Shown here piece by piece: positions 42,860-58,439 of a stretch of 64,000 nucleotides of DNA; the first letter of the stretch is position 1, and the number at the start of each line of letters is the position of its first letter. The translations under genes were made by a program, and so were the position numbers. The stretch is from the human T2T-CHM13v2.0 reference genome, Homo sapiens: NCBI RefSeq assembly GCF_009914755.1, contig NC_060936.1; one strand, 5' to 3'. A model generated the notes under the pieces. It ran no database searches and had not been told where the DNA came from. It worked only from the letters and a program-made list of their open reading frames with translations.

Positions 42860-44210
42860 GCGCATTTGACATAGTTGATCCCTCATCCCTTTTCTGCTTC
42901 CTCCACGCAGCTTCCAGGAACCACACGTTCTTGGTTTTCTTTCTATCTCACTGGTCATACTTTCTCAATCTTTTTTTCTGTTTTCCACTTCTCTTTTCAA
43001 TCTCTTAATATTAGAGTGCCCAGGACTCATGCCTGAGCTCTCTTCTTTTCTCAGTCTGTAATATCTTCTTAAGGGGTTTCATTCAGTCTCATGGCTTTAA
43101 ATAACATCTATGTATTGGTAATTTTCAAATTTGTAAATTGAGAACAGACTTCTTCCCTGAATTCAAACTCAAACAATCCAACTACCTTCACCACATTTGC
43201 ACTTCAATATGCACTAGACAAGCAAATTTAACATATCAAAAAAGTTTCCCTTACCTCCCTCTCTCTGCACTGCACTCCCTGCCCCCCAGAGCCCCCCCAC
43301 CCCCACCCACCACCCTCCACTGAAACCAAAAAGAAAAAAAGAGAAATCTGCTCCATTTCAAGCTAACTCCATACTTCTCGATGCTAAGGCTGGAAAGCTT
43401 GGTCTCATGCTTGACTCTTTCTCTTAAACTCTACCAATCCAGAAACAAATCCTTCTAGCTCTACCTTCAAAATATATGCAGAATTCTATCACTTCTCTCC
43501 CTCACTGCAGTCAGCAAGTGGATCCAAGTTACCACCATCTATCTTTCTTCTGGAACTATAGAATAGCCTTCTAGCCAGTCTTTCTGCTTCAGCACTTGCC
43601 CTATTGCAGTTTATGTTCTCATAAAGCAGCCAGAGTGATGTGTTTAAACATAAGGCAGAGCCTATCATCACTCTCTACTTAAAGTCCCCAATTACATCAC
43701 ATTTGACTCAAAGTCAAAGTCCTTAGCCTATATGGAGCCCTGATCTGAACACCTACCCTACTGTGAATTCTCCGATTTCATCTACCATCACTCTTCTCAC
43801 TCACTCCGCTCAAGCCACACTGACCACCTGGTCAACACATCCCAGCCATAAACCCTTGCAGCGCCTGTTACCTCTGTTTGGAATGCTCTTCACCGAGATA
43901 AATCCTTGCGGTCTCCCACCCTCCTTCAAATCATTTTTATCTGACTATCTTGTAAACAGTGCAATCTTCACCTTGCCCCAGTCCAGCACTCCCAATTCCT
44001 CTTACCTTAGCTAACTTTATCTTATTCTACATCATTTATTCTATTCTAACATTCTGTATAATATGCTTTCATATCACAGTTATCATATACTGTCTTTCTC
44101 CAAGTTCTAGAAGCTCAGGGATTAGTGTTTTATTCACTCTCTAAGTGCATAGAATTTCTGGAATATGGTAAATATTTGTTAGTTATTTGCTAAATAGATG
44201 AAGGAATCAG
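42860..44210 (+). mobile_element. L2 fragments
   Basis: Pyrimidine-rich L2-like tracts (ctctaccttcaaaatatat, cagccagagtgat) ending aaatatttgtt...aaatagatgaa. Confidence 0.6.
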
Positions 44211-44430
44211 CCTGTTCACTGGCAGCCATCATAACCATTTTAAAGGCTTCCACTACTATGCATATTTCCCAGTAACTTCCAAAATTATATCTTCAACCCA
44301 GAACTCTCCTGACTCAAAGAGATATATTCATCCACTTACCTGACATCTTTCCTTAGTTGTTCCAAAAGAACTTCTGATTGATTCAAATGTTTCAGAAAGA
44401 CATCTTCCCCTTAAACTTGCCACATGCCCT

Positions 44431-44786
44431 GTGTATTAGTCAGGTCCAGCTATCACAACAAGATACCACAGACTGGGTGGCTTTATTATAAACATCTATT
44501 TATCACAATTCGGAAAACTTGAGGTCCAAGATCAAGCTGTCAGCATCTAGCCTGTCCTGTGAGGAGAGAGAAAGAGAGGGGATATTGGGGGGAGAACGAG
44601 GAAGAGAAAGAGGGAAAGAGAAAAATGTGGTGTCTCTTCCTCTTATATGTCCTCTCAGATTAGGAGCCCACACTTACGATCTCGTTTAACCTTACTTACC
44701 TCCTTAAAGGCCCCATCTCCAAACCCAGGGATGTTGAGGGTTAGGGCTCCAACACATGAATGGGGATGGTCAAAATTCAGTCTACA
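44431..44786. mobile_element. MLT1-type MaLR LTR
   Basis: tgtattagt...ccacagactgggtggctt...gtccaagatcaag...caacacatgaat...attcagtc. Confidence 0.75.
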
Positions 44787-46889
44787 AGATCCTGCATTTC
44801 TTATTGTTATGAGTGAAAACACTGAGAATGCAATTAACCAAGCCAGAAACCTGACATTTATCCTCGATACCTTTTCCTTCCCCGTTGATTATATCTAATG
44901 AGGTACCAAATCCACTCAATTCTATCTCCTAAATATTTCATATCTTCCTCCGTTTCTGTGTTTCTCTACAGCCTTCCCCTAGTCAGTCCCTCATTTTGTA
45001 CACGGACTATGCTAGTAGGCTCCTAAGCTACCCTCCGGCCATCATCCTCGGCAACTTCTTGCATCCTGCACACCACTGACAGATGATCTTCCTAAAACAC
45101 AAATCTGATCCTATGACTCCCTGATTTAAAATCACACAATAACATATCATTTCCTAAGGATAAACTTATATTCCAGTAGTATTGCCTACAGTCTTTTCTT
45201 GTCATCTCCACCTTCACCCTTCCCACCCAGCATCCTATCCACTTCTCACTTTGTTCTCCAAGCACACCAAATCGTTTGCAATTTCCCAAGCACTCACTGC
45301 TTTCCCTGTCTTTATCCAGAGCTGTTCATACTACCTTACCAGTATTGGATGCCGTTGTCTCTCTACCAAGTCCCATTAGTCCTTGCATTATTGGCCCATC
45401 CTGTATGAAGTGTTCCTGTTTTCACAAGGAGGTCAAATGTTTGTTCTTTGTACAAGGCTTGCTTTATTAGGGAAATGAAGTATTGTATTGTAATTGCCTG
45501 TCTGCATATCTACCTCTCACTGACTCCATCCATACATACCTTGATCAACACATATTACAGATCTTTGTATTGCCAGTGCCTAGCACAGAGTGGCAGTTTA
45601 CTCAATGACTGCGTGAAATGAACTAAGTCAGTGGAGTTTACTCTGGAAACTTTCTCTTCTGATAATTATTCTTCCAAAAAATCTATAATTCCTTTATTTT
45701 CCTGCCTTATTAAGAATAAAAGTAAGTGAAATTATAGTTTCCAATGTTTTTCAGTTTTTTTGCTGTTTTTTATTTCTTCTTTATATATTAATTTCACAGG
45801 GCTGTTAAAGAACCAATTAAAATCCAAATTCTTATCTTTTTCCAAGATTCAGCTCAGTGAGTTTTCAGATAATCACATCTACCAATGAAAAGACAAGTTC
45901 CCAGTGATAATATGAAAAATTGACACTGTCAGGTAAAAAAAAATTGAATGCATTTCTAAGGACATGTTGGCTTAATATTTTAAATTAATTTTGGAACATG
46001 CTAAGCATATAATATTAAACATGCATCACTGATTTTGAACTTAATACAATGCATTAAAGGGCTTTTTAAAATGTGACTTTCAGAGTGTTGTGTATTCAGT
46101 AAAAAATTGTGTGCATCATTGAACATTTACGCAATGAAAATCTTAAAGATGTAAGGAAGATAAAACTGTGAAAAAATCATGAAGATTAAAGAAACATTTC
46201 AGGAAAGACCAAATAGACTACTAGACTAGAAACTACTACTAGACTAAACACTAAAACAATTGAGAGTACAGAGAGATAGAAAGAGAAAACTGATTAGAAA
46301 TGAGAAGACCAAAGCTCTGTACATAGTACAAATAGAATAAAAGTACCAGGTCAAAATAAATGAATACACACACCCTGAATAATACACAGGGCATGTGGTT
46401 TAATCTCCAAGTAAACATATCACATAGCAAATGTGTTAGAACTGTGAGTACTGCAATAAGCTGTCATACAGTCCCATCATCGTAACCACACCATCTCAAA
46501 TGTTTTATTCACATTAGAAGGAAATAATTCCATATATTAATTTTTTCAACATTTGAAGTCACAAGGACAGATTTGACCAATACTTTTGCATTAGTCAGTT
46601 GTGGGTTGTTATAAAAAACAAAAACCAAAAACAAACAAGTAACAAATCTCAGTGGCTTAAGAAATAAAAGGTTATTTCCTTCTTATACAATGCAGTCCAA
46701 TGTAAGGCACATATACACTGGAGTGTTAGACACAGTATAGGCAATGAATATGTAATAAAAGATTGAATGAATAAATAGAAGGAAAAGAAAGGAAGGAAGG
46801 AAAGGAAGTCCTACCTAAATTTGCTCAAACTGTATAAACCATCCCAGCCCCAATTTTCATATCTATAACATAGGATAATAGTGCTATGG

Positions 46890-47214
<325 letters not shown>

Positions 47215-49539
47215 AATAGTGCTATGATTAAGGGTAATCATCATGATCATCATTAAGTGTATAACATAATAAGCCTCAAAATGGGCTTGAGGATTGGTTA
47301 TCAGAAAAATGGCTGATAGGAGGAAGCACTAACTTGCAGCTGCCACGTGGAGGGACAGAGCAGCAAGTGGAGACCCACATCGTGAACTTTTGCTCCAAGA
47401 ACTACCGCAGGAACATACCAGGAAAGCTGAGAGAATTCACAGAACTTTTGAAGGAGGTGGATTGCCACTGCAGGCTCTGTGGGACAACTGAGGAGCTGTG
47501 CTTTCTCAGCTGGGAGACTTGTGGTCTGGGGCAAGTTCTCAGCCCTGCTCACCAGTTGCCTGGAAATATACTTGGTGCTGTTGCAGGAGCACAGTAGGAG
47601 TGAGACCAGCCTTTCAGGATGCAGGCTGTGTGGGAGCTGGGTGAGGCCTGTGGCTGCTGGCTTTCCTTCACTTCCCTGGTGATCTGTGTGATGCAACAGA
47701 GACAGCCATAATCCCCTTGGGAGCATAACTACATTGGCCTGGGACTCACACCCCCACTCCCCACAGCAGCTGTAGCAAGCCCCACCCAAGGAGAGTCTGA
47801 GTTCAGACACGCCTAACCCTGCCCCCAGCTGATGGTCTTTCTCTACCCACCCTGGAAGCCAAAGACAAAGGTCATAATCTCTAGGGAGCTCTATGGCCTT
47901 GCCCCCCACCTGAGAAACTGGAATATTTATCCAAAGATGACTCTAGAGCAAGCTTGTATCCTTCTTATACAACTGCAGCTGATGCAGTCTTGAAGCACCA
48001 CCTCCTGGCTGGAGGCCAGCCAACACAAAACCAGCACACTTAACAAAAATACAACTAAGGACTCTCACAGAGTCCACCTTACTCCCCTTCTACTTCCACC
48101 AGAGTAGTTGTTGGGATCCATGGCTGACAGACCTGATGACAGGTCACATCACAGGGCTCTTTGCAGACACTCCCCAATACCAGCCTGGAGCCTGATACCT
48201 CCGCTGGGTAGCTAGATCCAGAGGAGAAATAACAGTAACTGCAGTTCAGCTCTCAAGAAGCCCCATGCCTAGGGGAAAGAGGAGTGCACCACATCAAGGG
48301 AACACCCCCGTGGGACAAAAGAATCTGAGCAGCAGCCCTTGAGTCCCAGATCTTCCCTCTGAAATAGTCTACACAAATGAGAAAGAACTAGAAAAATAAT
48401 TCTGGTAATGTGACAAACAAGGTTCTTTAACACCCCCAGAAAATCATACTAGCTCACCAGCAATGGATCCAAACCAAGTAGAAATCTCTGAATTGCCAGA
48501 AAAAAAACACTCAAAAGGTTGATTATTAAGGCAATCAAGGAGGCATCAGAGAAAGGTAGAGTATAACTTAAAAAAATATATATATATATAAGATATGAAT
48601 GGAAAAATCTCTAGTAAAATAGATAGCATAAGTAAAAAAAAAATCACAACTTCTGGAAATCAAAGACACACTTTGAGAAATGCAAAATGCACTGGAAAGT
48701 CAGCAACAGAATCAAACAAGTAGAAGAAAGAACTTCAGAGTTCAAAGATAAGGCTTTTGAATTAACCCAATCCAACAAAAACAAAAAAAAAATAATTTTA
48801 AAAAAATGAACAAAGCCTCCAAGAAGTGTGGGATTATGTTAAACGAGCAAACCTAAGAATAATTGGTGTTCCTGAGGAGAACGAGAAATCTGAAAGTTTG
48901 GAAAACACATTTGAGGGAATAATTGAGGAAAACTTTCCCAGTCTTGCTAGAGATCTAGACATTCAAACACAAGAAGCTCAAAGAACACCTTGGAAATGTA
49001 TTGCAAAAAGATCATCGCCTAGGCACGTTGTCATCAGGTTATCTAAAGTCAAAACGAAGGAAAGAATCTTAAGAACTGTGAGGCAAAGGCATCAGTAACC
49101 TATAAAGAAAAATTTGTCAGATTAACAGCAGATTTTTCAGCAGAAACCCTACAAGCTAGAAGGGACTGGGGTCCTATCTTTTAGCCTCCTTAAACAAAAC
49201 AATTATAAGACAAGAATTTTGTATCCAGTGAAACTAAGCTTCATAAATGAAGGAAAGATACAGTCTTTTGTAGACAAACAAATGCTGAGAAAATTCACCA
49301 CTACCAAGCCAGCACTACAAGAACTGCTAAAAGGAGTTCTAAATCTTGAAACAAATCCTAGAAATACATCAAAATAGAATTTCCTTAAAGTATACATCTC
49401 ACGGGACCTATAAAACAATCACACAATAAAAAAAATCCAAAGTATTCAGGCAACAATCACAGTGAATAGAATAGTACCTCACATCTCAATACAGATATTG
49501 AATGTAAATGGCCTAAATACTCCACTTAAAAGATACAAA

Positions 49540-49856
<317 letters not shown>

Positions 49857-52804
49857 TTAGAAGTCACCAACCAAGTATCTGCTGTCTTTGGGAGACTTAC
49901 CTGACACATAAGGACTCACATAAACTTAAGGTAAAGGGTGAAAAAAGATATTCCATGCCAATGGACACCAAAAGCAAGCAGGAGTAACCATTCTTAGATC
50001 AGACAAAACAAACTTTAAAGCAACAGCAGTTAAAAAAGACAAAGAGGGACATTATGTGATGACAAAAGGACTCGTCTAACAGCAAAATATCACAGTCCTA
50101 AATATATATGCACCTAATACTGGAGCTCCCAAATTTATAAAACAATTACTACTAGACCTAAGGAATGAGACAGATGGCAACACAATAATAGTGGGAGATT
50201 TCAATACTCCACTGACAGCACTAGGCAGATCATCAAGACAGAAATTCAACAAAGGAACAATGGACTTAAACTATATCCTAGAACAAATGGACTTAACAGA
50301 TATTTACAGAACACTCTACCCAACAACTGCAGAATATACATTCTATTCATCAGCACATGAACATTCTCCAAGATAGACCATATAATAGGCCACAAAACAA
50401 GTTTCAACAAATTTAAGAAAAATTGAAATTATATCAAGAACTCTCTCAGACCACAGTGGAATAAAATTGGAAATCAACTTCAAAAAGAACCCTCGAAACC
50501 ATGCAAATACATGGAAACTAAATGTCTGCTCCTGAATGATTGTTAGATTAACAATGAAATCAAGATGAAAACTTAAAAATTATTTGAACTGAGCAATAAC
50601 AGTGACACAATCTATCAAAACCTCTGGAATACAGCAAAGCAATACTAAAAGGAAAGTTCATAGCATTAAATGCCTACATCAAAAAGTCTGAAAGATCACA
50701 AATAAACAATCTGAGGTCACACTTCAAGGAATTAAAGAAGCAAGAACAAATGAAACCCAAACCCAGCAGATGAAAAGAAATAACCAAGATTAGAAGAGAA
50801 CTACATGAAATTGAAACAAAAAATACCAAAGACAAACAAAATAAAAGTTGGTTCTTTGAAAGGATAAATAAAATTGATAGCTCATTAGTGAGATTAACCA
50901 GGAAAAGAAGAGAGAAGATCCAAATAAGCTCAACTAGAAACAAAATGGGAGATATTACAACTGATACCACAGAAATACAAAAGATCATTAAAGGCTACTA
51001 TGAACACCTTTACATGCATAAACTAGAAAATCTAGAGGAGATGAATAAATTCCTGGAAATATACAACCCTCATAGATTAAACCAGGAAGAAATAGAAACT
51101 GTGAACAAACCAATAACAAGAAGCTAGATTGAAATGATAGTTAAAAAGTTACCAACAAAAAAAAGGCCAATACCAGATGGATTCACAATTGAATTCTGTC
51201 AGACATGCAAAAAAAGAGTTAGTAACAATCCTATTGACACTATTCCAAAAGATAGAGAAAGAGAGAATCCTCTCCAAATCATTCTATGAAGCCAATATCA
51301 CCCTCCTACCAAAACCAGGAAAGAATATAACAAAAAAAGAAAACTACAGACCAATATCTCTGATGAACATAGACGCAAAAATATTCAAAAAAATATTAGC
51401 TAACAGAATAAAACAGCAGATCAAACAGAAAATCCACCATGATCAAGTGGGTTTCATACTAGGGATGCAGGGATGGTTTAACATCCGCAAGTCAATAAAT
51501 GTGATACACCACATAAACAGAATTAAAAACAAAAATCACATGATTATCTCAATAGATGCAGAAAAAGCATTTGAAAAAATCCAGCATCCCTTAATGATTA
51601 AAACTCTCAGCAGAATCGGCATAGAGGGAACATACCTTAAGGTAATAAAAGCCATCTATGACAAACCCACAGCCAACATTATACTGAACAGAGAAAAGCT
51701 GAAAGCATTCCTTCTGAGAACTGGAACAAAAGAAGAATGCCCACTTTCACCACTTCTATTCAACGTAGTACTGCAAGTCCTAGCCAGAGCAATCAGACAA
51801 GAGAAAGAAAGGGCATCCAAATCGGTAATGAGGAAGTCAAACTGTCGCTGGTTGCTAGTGATATGATTGTATACCTAGAAAACCCTAAAGACTCATCCAA
51901 AAAGACCCTGGAACTGGTAAATGAATTCAGCAAAGTTTCAGGTTACAAAATTAATATACACAAATCAGTTGCTCTGCTATATACCAACATGTACCAAGCT
52001 GAGAATCAAATCAAGAACTCAATCTCTTTTACAATAGCTGCAAGAAATAAAATACTTAGGAATATGCTTAACCAAGGCGGTGAAAGACTTCTACAAGGAA
52101 AACTACAAAACACTGCTGAAAGAAATGATACACAACACAAACAAATGGAAACACACCCTATGCTCATGGATGGGCAGAATCAATATTGTGAAAATGACCA
52201 TACTGCCAAAAGCAATCTACAAATTCAATAAAATTTCCATCAAAATACCACCATCATTCTTCACAGAATTAGAAAAAACAATCCTAAAATTCATGTGGAA
52301 CAAAAAAAGAGCCTGCATAGTCAAAGCAAGGCTAAGCAAAAAGAACAAATCTGGAGGCATTACAACACCCAACTTCAAACTATACTATAAGGCCATATTC
52401 ACCAAAATAGCATGGTACTGGCATAAAAATAGGCATATAGACAAATGGAACAGAATAGAGAACCCAGAAATAAAGCCAAATACTTACAATCATCTGATCT
52501 TTGACAAAGCAAACAAAAACAAAGTGTGGAAAGGCCACCCTATTTAACAAATGGTATTAGGATAATTGGCAAGTCACAGGTAGAAGAATGAAGCTGGATC
52601 CTCATCTCACCCTATGCAAAAATCAACTCAATATGAATCAAAGACTTAAATCTAAGACCTGAAACCATAAAAATTGTGGAAGATAACATTAAAAAAACCC
52701 TTCTAGACATGGCTTAGGCAAAGACTTCATGACCAAGAACCCAAAAGCAAATGCAACAAAAACAAACATAAATAGATGGGATTTCATTAAAGTAAAAAGC
52801 TTCT

Positions 52805-53107
52805 GGCTGGGCACAGTGGCTCACACCTGTAATCTCAGCACTTTGAGAGGCTGAGGCAGGTGGATCACGAGGTCTTGAGATCGAGATCATCCTGGCCAAC
52901 GTGGTGAAATCCGTCCCTATTAAAAATACAAAAATTAACTGGGCGTGGTGGTGCGCACCTGTAGTCCCAGTTACTCAGGAGGCTGAGGCAAGAGAATCGC
53001 TTGAACCCAGGAGGTGGAGGTTGCAGTGAGTCAAGATCACATCACTGCATTCCAGCCTAGGAGGCAGAGCAAGACTCTGTCTCCAAAAAAAAAAAAAAAA
53101 AAAAAAA
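52805..53107 (+). mobile_element. AluSc-like nested in L1PB
   Basis: Full Alu with poly-A tail. Confidence 0.92.
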
Positions 53108-55616
53108 CTTTTGCACAGCAAAAGAAACAATCAGCAGAGTAAGCAGAGAACCCACAGAGTAGGACAAAAATCTTTGCAATCTATAACACCCAAAAAAGGA
53201 CTAATATGCAGAATCTACCAGGAAGTCAAACAAATCAGCAAGAACAAAACAAACAATCCCATCAAAAAAACTGGGCAAAGGACATGAATAGACAATTCTC
53301 AAAAGAAGATATACAAATGGCCAACAAACATATTAAAAAATGCTTAATATCACTAATTATCAGGGAAATGCATATCAAAACTGTAATGTGATACCACTTT
53401 ACTCCCGCAAGAATGGCCATAATCAAAAAATAAAAAATAATAGATGTTGGTGTGGATGTGGTGAAAAGGGACCACTTTTACACATTTGTGGGAAGGTAAA
53501 CCAGTACAACCACTATGGAAAACAGTGTGGAGATTCCTTAAAGAACTAAAAGTAGAGCTACCATTTGATCCAGCAATCCCACTACAGGGTACCTACGCAG
53601 AGGAAATGAAGTCATTATACAAAAAAGATACTTGCACATGCATGTTTATAGCAGCACAATTCACAGCTGCAAAAATATGGAACCAGTCCAAATGCTCATC
53701 AATCAACAAGTGGGTAAAGAAAATGTGGTATATGCATACCATGGAATACTACTTAACCATAAAAAGGAATAAAATGATGGCATCTGCAGCAACTCGTAAG
53801 TGGGAGCTAAACTATGCGGACACAAAGGCATAGGAATGATACAACGGACATCGGAGACTTGAGGGAATGGGAGGGAAAGGGGTGAGGGATAAAAGACGAC
53901 ACATTGGGTACAATATACACTGCTCAGGTAATGGGTGCATCAGAATCTCAGAAATCACTACTAAAGAACTTATTTATGTGACCAAATACCACCTGTTCAC
54001 CAAAAACTATTGAAATTTAAAAAATAATGATAAAATAAAAAAGAATCTGTGCTCTCTTCATAGTATTACTGAAATAATAATTTTTAAAAATGGGCTTGAG
54101 TCATAACTCGAATTCTCTTTAGCTAAATACTTTATTTTCCTCCCCTCTTGCTCCTAGTTTTCTAATTTTTTCCCCCACCACTAATGGTATGCATGAAGAG
54201 TTTCATTAAATCTGCTCTCCATTGGCTTCCAACCAGGAAAAAACTTGAATCAACCGATACCTCCTTCCTTACCAAGTAAAGGAAAATTCAACCAAACAGA
54301 ATGGAGATAGCATTTGAACTTGGCCTTGAAATAAAGATGTCAACAGCTAAAAATGGGGGCAGAATAGATTTCCAGATTGAGTCATCCACTGCTGAGAGAA
54401 GCTAGTATATTATTGATGTCGCTGATTACAAAAAAAAAAAAAAAATCTTGGCAGTAGTGTGTGGCTAGATTGGTACATGTTGGCAAATTAGAATGAGTAC
54501 TGGATTGAGTAATCTAATGAGATCTGAATTCTGACTCTGCTACTAACTTACTTGTGTAATTGCCAATAAGTTACTTAACTCTTATAGACTTCACATTCCA
54601 CATTTGTAAACTGAGTAGGTTGAGCTGAGTAAGCCTTTGTCATTCTTTCAGCTACGTAATTTTATGGAAAAGGAAATCCATCACAATCACAGGACAAAAC
54701 TATTTCTTAGAAAAATTGCAGTATGACTGCATTGAAGAAGGACTCTTTTGGAATGACAAAGCAGGAGCCCTTTGGCCCACTTTATCTTACATCCAAAGAC
54801 TAAATTCATCTGTCACAAATAAGAAAAGTTCCATTTCAGGTATTCACATAGCCTTCATCTCACAGCTCCTACAGAGACTTCCTTAGCCCTTCTTGGGGCA
54901 GCTCACATCCAGGAGAGACTGAAGCAGGGTTATAAAGACCTAGTCAGGTTCATGTAATACAGAACACTGGTGGGCAATCCTTGCACCAGGACTCTTAGGC
55001 ATATTGGTCAAGGCTTTGCCAGGCCTGGATCACATTTCAATTTCATACACTCGACAGTTTTGCTTTCTCCCACCTCCTTTCCCAGGTGTTGGACCATTGT
55101 GAGCATTTTGCACCTCAGATTCCATCTTAGTGTCTAATTCCAGTTAAACCAATCTGCAATAGTGGAATGAGAGACAGGTGTAATTAGACACAAGAGACCT
55201 ACCCCACGGCACAAGGCAAGGTGATTTGGATATTTGAGCGTCTTAGAAGAAATGCCCTATCTTTATTTCTTGTTTGTTCTGAAAGATGATCTTCCTGTGG
55301 TTTCATGAGATACCAGGATTTTGCCATCATGCTCACTGAACACTGCTGATGGCATCTTCCAGGATTAACCATACTCCGAATTTTGAATACCATCCCGATT
55401 CAATCAACTTTGACGAATGTATTATTGTTCGTAGTTTTGATTTAAAAGCCTTTACAGCTCATGTTTATTGCTGTAATATCACTGCTTTGTCTTCTGTTTG
55501 GGTTTTGGTACCAAATTCACCCTGCAGTCTAAATGTAGACTGGGTAGATCACTCTCCCACTGTTCCATCCGACTGATGAATAGTCACCGCCACTCAAGAT
55601 ATAGCAGAGGACATTA

Positions 55617-55630
55617 CTGCCCTCTGGTGG
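55617..55630 (-). promoter_or_regulatory. CTCF core motif
   Basis: CCACCAGAGGGCAG on the minus strand matches the consensus CCASYAGRKGGCRS at every position. It is in non-repetitive sequence. Confidence 0.7.
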
Positions 55631-55738
55631 AAACATTGAAGACTACTCTAAGAGTGTCTCCCAAGGAATGGAATTTTCACAGATGGGTTCATGTTGCAGC
55701 TTGAGTTGTAAATAAATACAGCCAGAAAAATTATCCTC

Positions 55739-55766
55739 ATTTCCGGTTCTTGACATTTGATTGGCT
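55739..55766 (-). promoter_or_regulatory. Candidate ETS plus CCAAT promoter module
   Basis: On the minus strand, AGCCAATCA (55758-55766) is followed by ACCGGAAAT (55739-55747), about 110 bp from the CTCF motif. Confidence 0.35.
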
Positions 55767-56504
55767 GTGTATTTGCCTAATTTCCATCTTCTTCCCTGCT
55801 CTGTTATCCCTATCCCAAACAGGTTTAGCCACCTACAAATCTTTAAAACACTGATCCACTAAGACATGGATCTCATCACCCAATGTATTTACAATAAAGC
55901 TTCCAACCTCCTTTTCAGACGGAGGAAAAAAGAAAACAAACAAACAAAAAAAAAACACTTGAAACAGTAGAGCATTAAAAATGTGTTGTAAATAGACAAC
56001 TATTTCCACTTTAGCCGTCCAAACGGATTCGGTTTTCTGGGGCTATGCCAATAGGCAAATAATTGACTTACTGTTGCTTTTTTTAATTCCATTAATATAA
56101 GAAACAAATCATTTATTAGCCTTCTTTGTCTGAGTAAGTGGCTGAGTGCATATATTTTCTTCATGTGTGGGTGAAAGAGCATAGAAGATAATGCTAATAA
56201 TTCAATTTTAAGAACTTCTGTTGATTTCTTCAGTCTATTCTGCCTTCTTCGTGTGACGAGAAGAATACCAAGCAAGCTGTCCCTTGAATTAAAGAGGAGC
56301 AGTTTATAAAAATGATACTACAGGCTAAGGAGCGAAACTTAGGTTTTAGCCTGAGCTCTAGTCCTTAACTTCCCTTAGCCTCAACTTCTTCATCTGCCAA
56401 ATGGGGACAATGATCCTTTAAGGAGCTGTAGTGAGTATGAAATCAGATAACGTACACAGAGCTTAGGCACAGTACCTGGTACATATTAAATGCAGATAAA
56501 TTAC

Positions 56505-56853
56505 GGTTGACCTCAGTTTCCATGGAGAATTTGTTCCAGGACTTCCTGTGGGTACCAAAATCTCGAGTCCCTGATATAAAATGGCAATAGTATTTTATAC
56601 TATAGCATATTCATATTAAATACATAGCATTTAAAATATAGTATATTTTAAATCATTTCTAGATTACTTATAATACCTAGTACAATGTAAATGCTATGTA
56701 AATAGTCATTATACTGTATTGTTAAGGGAATAATGGCAAGGAAAAAGTACATGTACATGTTCAGTACAGATAGGTTTTTTTCCCCAATAGTTTTGATCTG
56801 TGCTTGGTTGAATCCACAGATGTGGAACCCATGGATATGGACAGCTGACTGTA
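56505..56853 (+). mobile_element. MER2 (TcMar-Tigger)
   Basis: Terminal sequences c.gttgacc... / ...cagctgactg followed by TA; ttggttgaatccacagatgtggaacccatggatatgg. Confidence 0.8.
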
Positions 56854-57902
56854 CCCAATATTATTTCTATTGTTATTTTTAGTCAAGTGTTAATGAGGAA
56901 GAATTTGCTTTAAATGTCTAAAAATTCTAACGCTGTTAGTCTAAGCAATATTTGCCTATTTATTTTCCTCTTACGATCTTCTAGATGAATCATTTTCTAT
57001 GGAGATCTTTAACTTAATCTGCTCCAATTCTTTTACCTTCAGGAAGTGGCTGGTGTTGCCAAGTCATTGGGGCTCATGTCTATTCTCACTTACAAGCCTC
57101 AGCTCAGAAGACTTCCCTTGCCTCCTTTATCTCCTTGCCTTTCTACACCACACTTGCTTCCACCCACACCATACATACCAGTGGTCCATCTTCCTGTAAC
57201 TGAAAATTGTTTAAGTGTGAGTATTTTGTCCATCTACTCTCAGCACCTAGGACATGACTGATAAATGTAGTTTCCTATTAAGTGAAAATACTTCCCTAAA
57301 CCTTGTCAGTTAGATGGCAAAAATCCCAGAAAGATTCAGATATGGAGTTGAAGAGAATTGGGTTTCTTCTAAGTCACTGAGCCTCCTCAGTTCACAAAAG
57401 GAGGACTTATGAATTGGGTGATCTCATCCACAAAATCGGAATGATGGTTTAGTCAACATAAACAGATGTTAATTCATACAAAACCCAAAGAGCACTACCT
57501 TGGAACAGCAATTCCATCCACTGAGATTCTGAGACTTTGCCTTACCAGATTATTATATTTTGATTTAGTTGAGAAAAAAAGCATAGGTACATCATATCAA
57601 TTCTATCACAAGGTTACTATTGTTATGGTTAGCTACAATAATCACACATCATAGCATATTTTTTTACAATGTATCATCAGTTTTAGGATGAGTGCAATAC
57701 TTTAAATAATTATTAAAATGAAATAAAAATAAATAAAGTATCCTATTATAGTAACAATAAGAATAAAATTCTCACAGGTTTCTGATTACTTGGGAATATA
57801 ATATTTCTGCATTGAAATTCCATAGACTTCTAGATCTGACATTATTATTGATGACATAAATTTAGCTTTTTAGTAACAAGGAAAATGAATATTATTGGTG
57901 AC

Positions 57903-58289
57903 TGTATTAGTCCCTTCTCTCATTGCTATAAAGAACTACCTGAGACTAGGTGATTTATAAAGAAAAGAGGTTTAATTGACTCGCAGTTCCAGAGGCTGTA
58001 CAGGAAGCATACACAGCTGGGGAGGCCTCAGGAAACTTACAATCATGGCAGAAGACAAAGAGGAAGCAGCATGTCTTATATGACCAGAAAAGGAGAAAGA
58101 GAGAGTGAAGGGGGAGGTGCTACACACTTTCAAACAACCAGATCTTGTGAGAACTCACTCACTATCAAGAAAACAGCAAGGGGGAAATCTGCCCCATGAT
58201 CCAATCACCTCCCACCAGGCCCCTCTTCCAACTGGGAGTTACAATTCCACATGAGATTTGGGCAGGGAAACAAATCCAAACCGTATCAG
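57903..58289. mobile_element. MSTA MaLR LTR
   Basis: tgtattagtcc.ttctc.cattgctataaagaactacctgagact...caaatccaaacc.tatca. Confidence 0.85.
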
Positions 58290-58439
58290 TGACACATACT
58301 GAAATATTTTAAAAGAGGAGTTTAGATGAAAATTCATAGAGCTTTAGAAATACAATGAAGGGGAAAATTTTAACAGGGAAAAAATACATCACAAGCAAAA
58401 TTGTTCATGTTCTTTCTTCTTTTATGAAAAATAGATTTC

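Noticed and set aside
55885-55960. AATAAA followed by an A-rich tract, suggesting a processed pseudogene 3' end
   Set aside because: No TSD and no recognisable coding or UTR parent upstream; more simply an (AAAC)n low-complexity tract.
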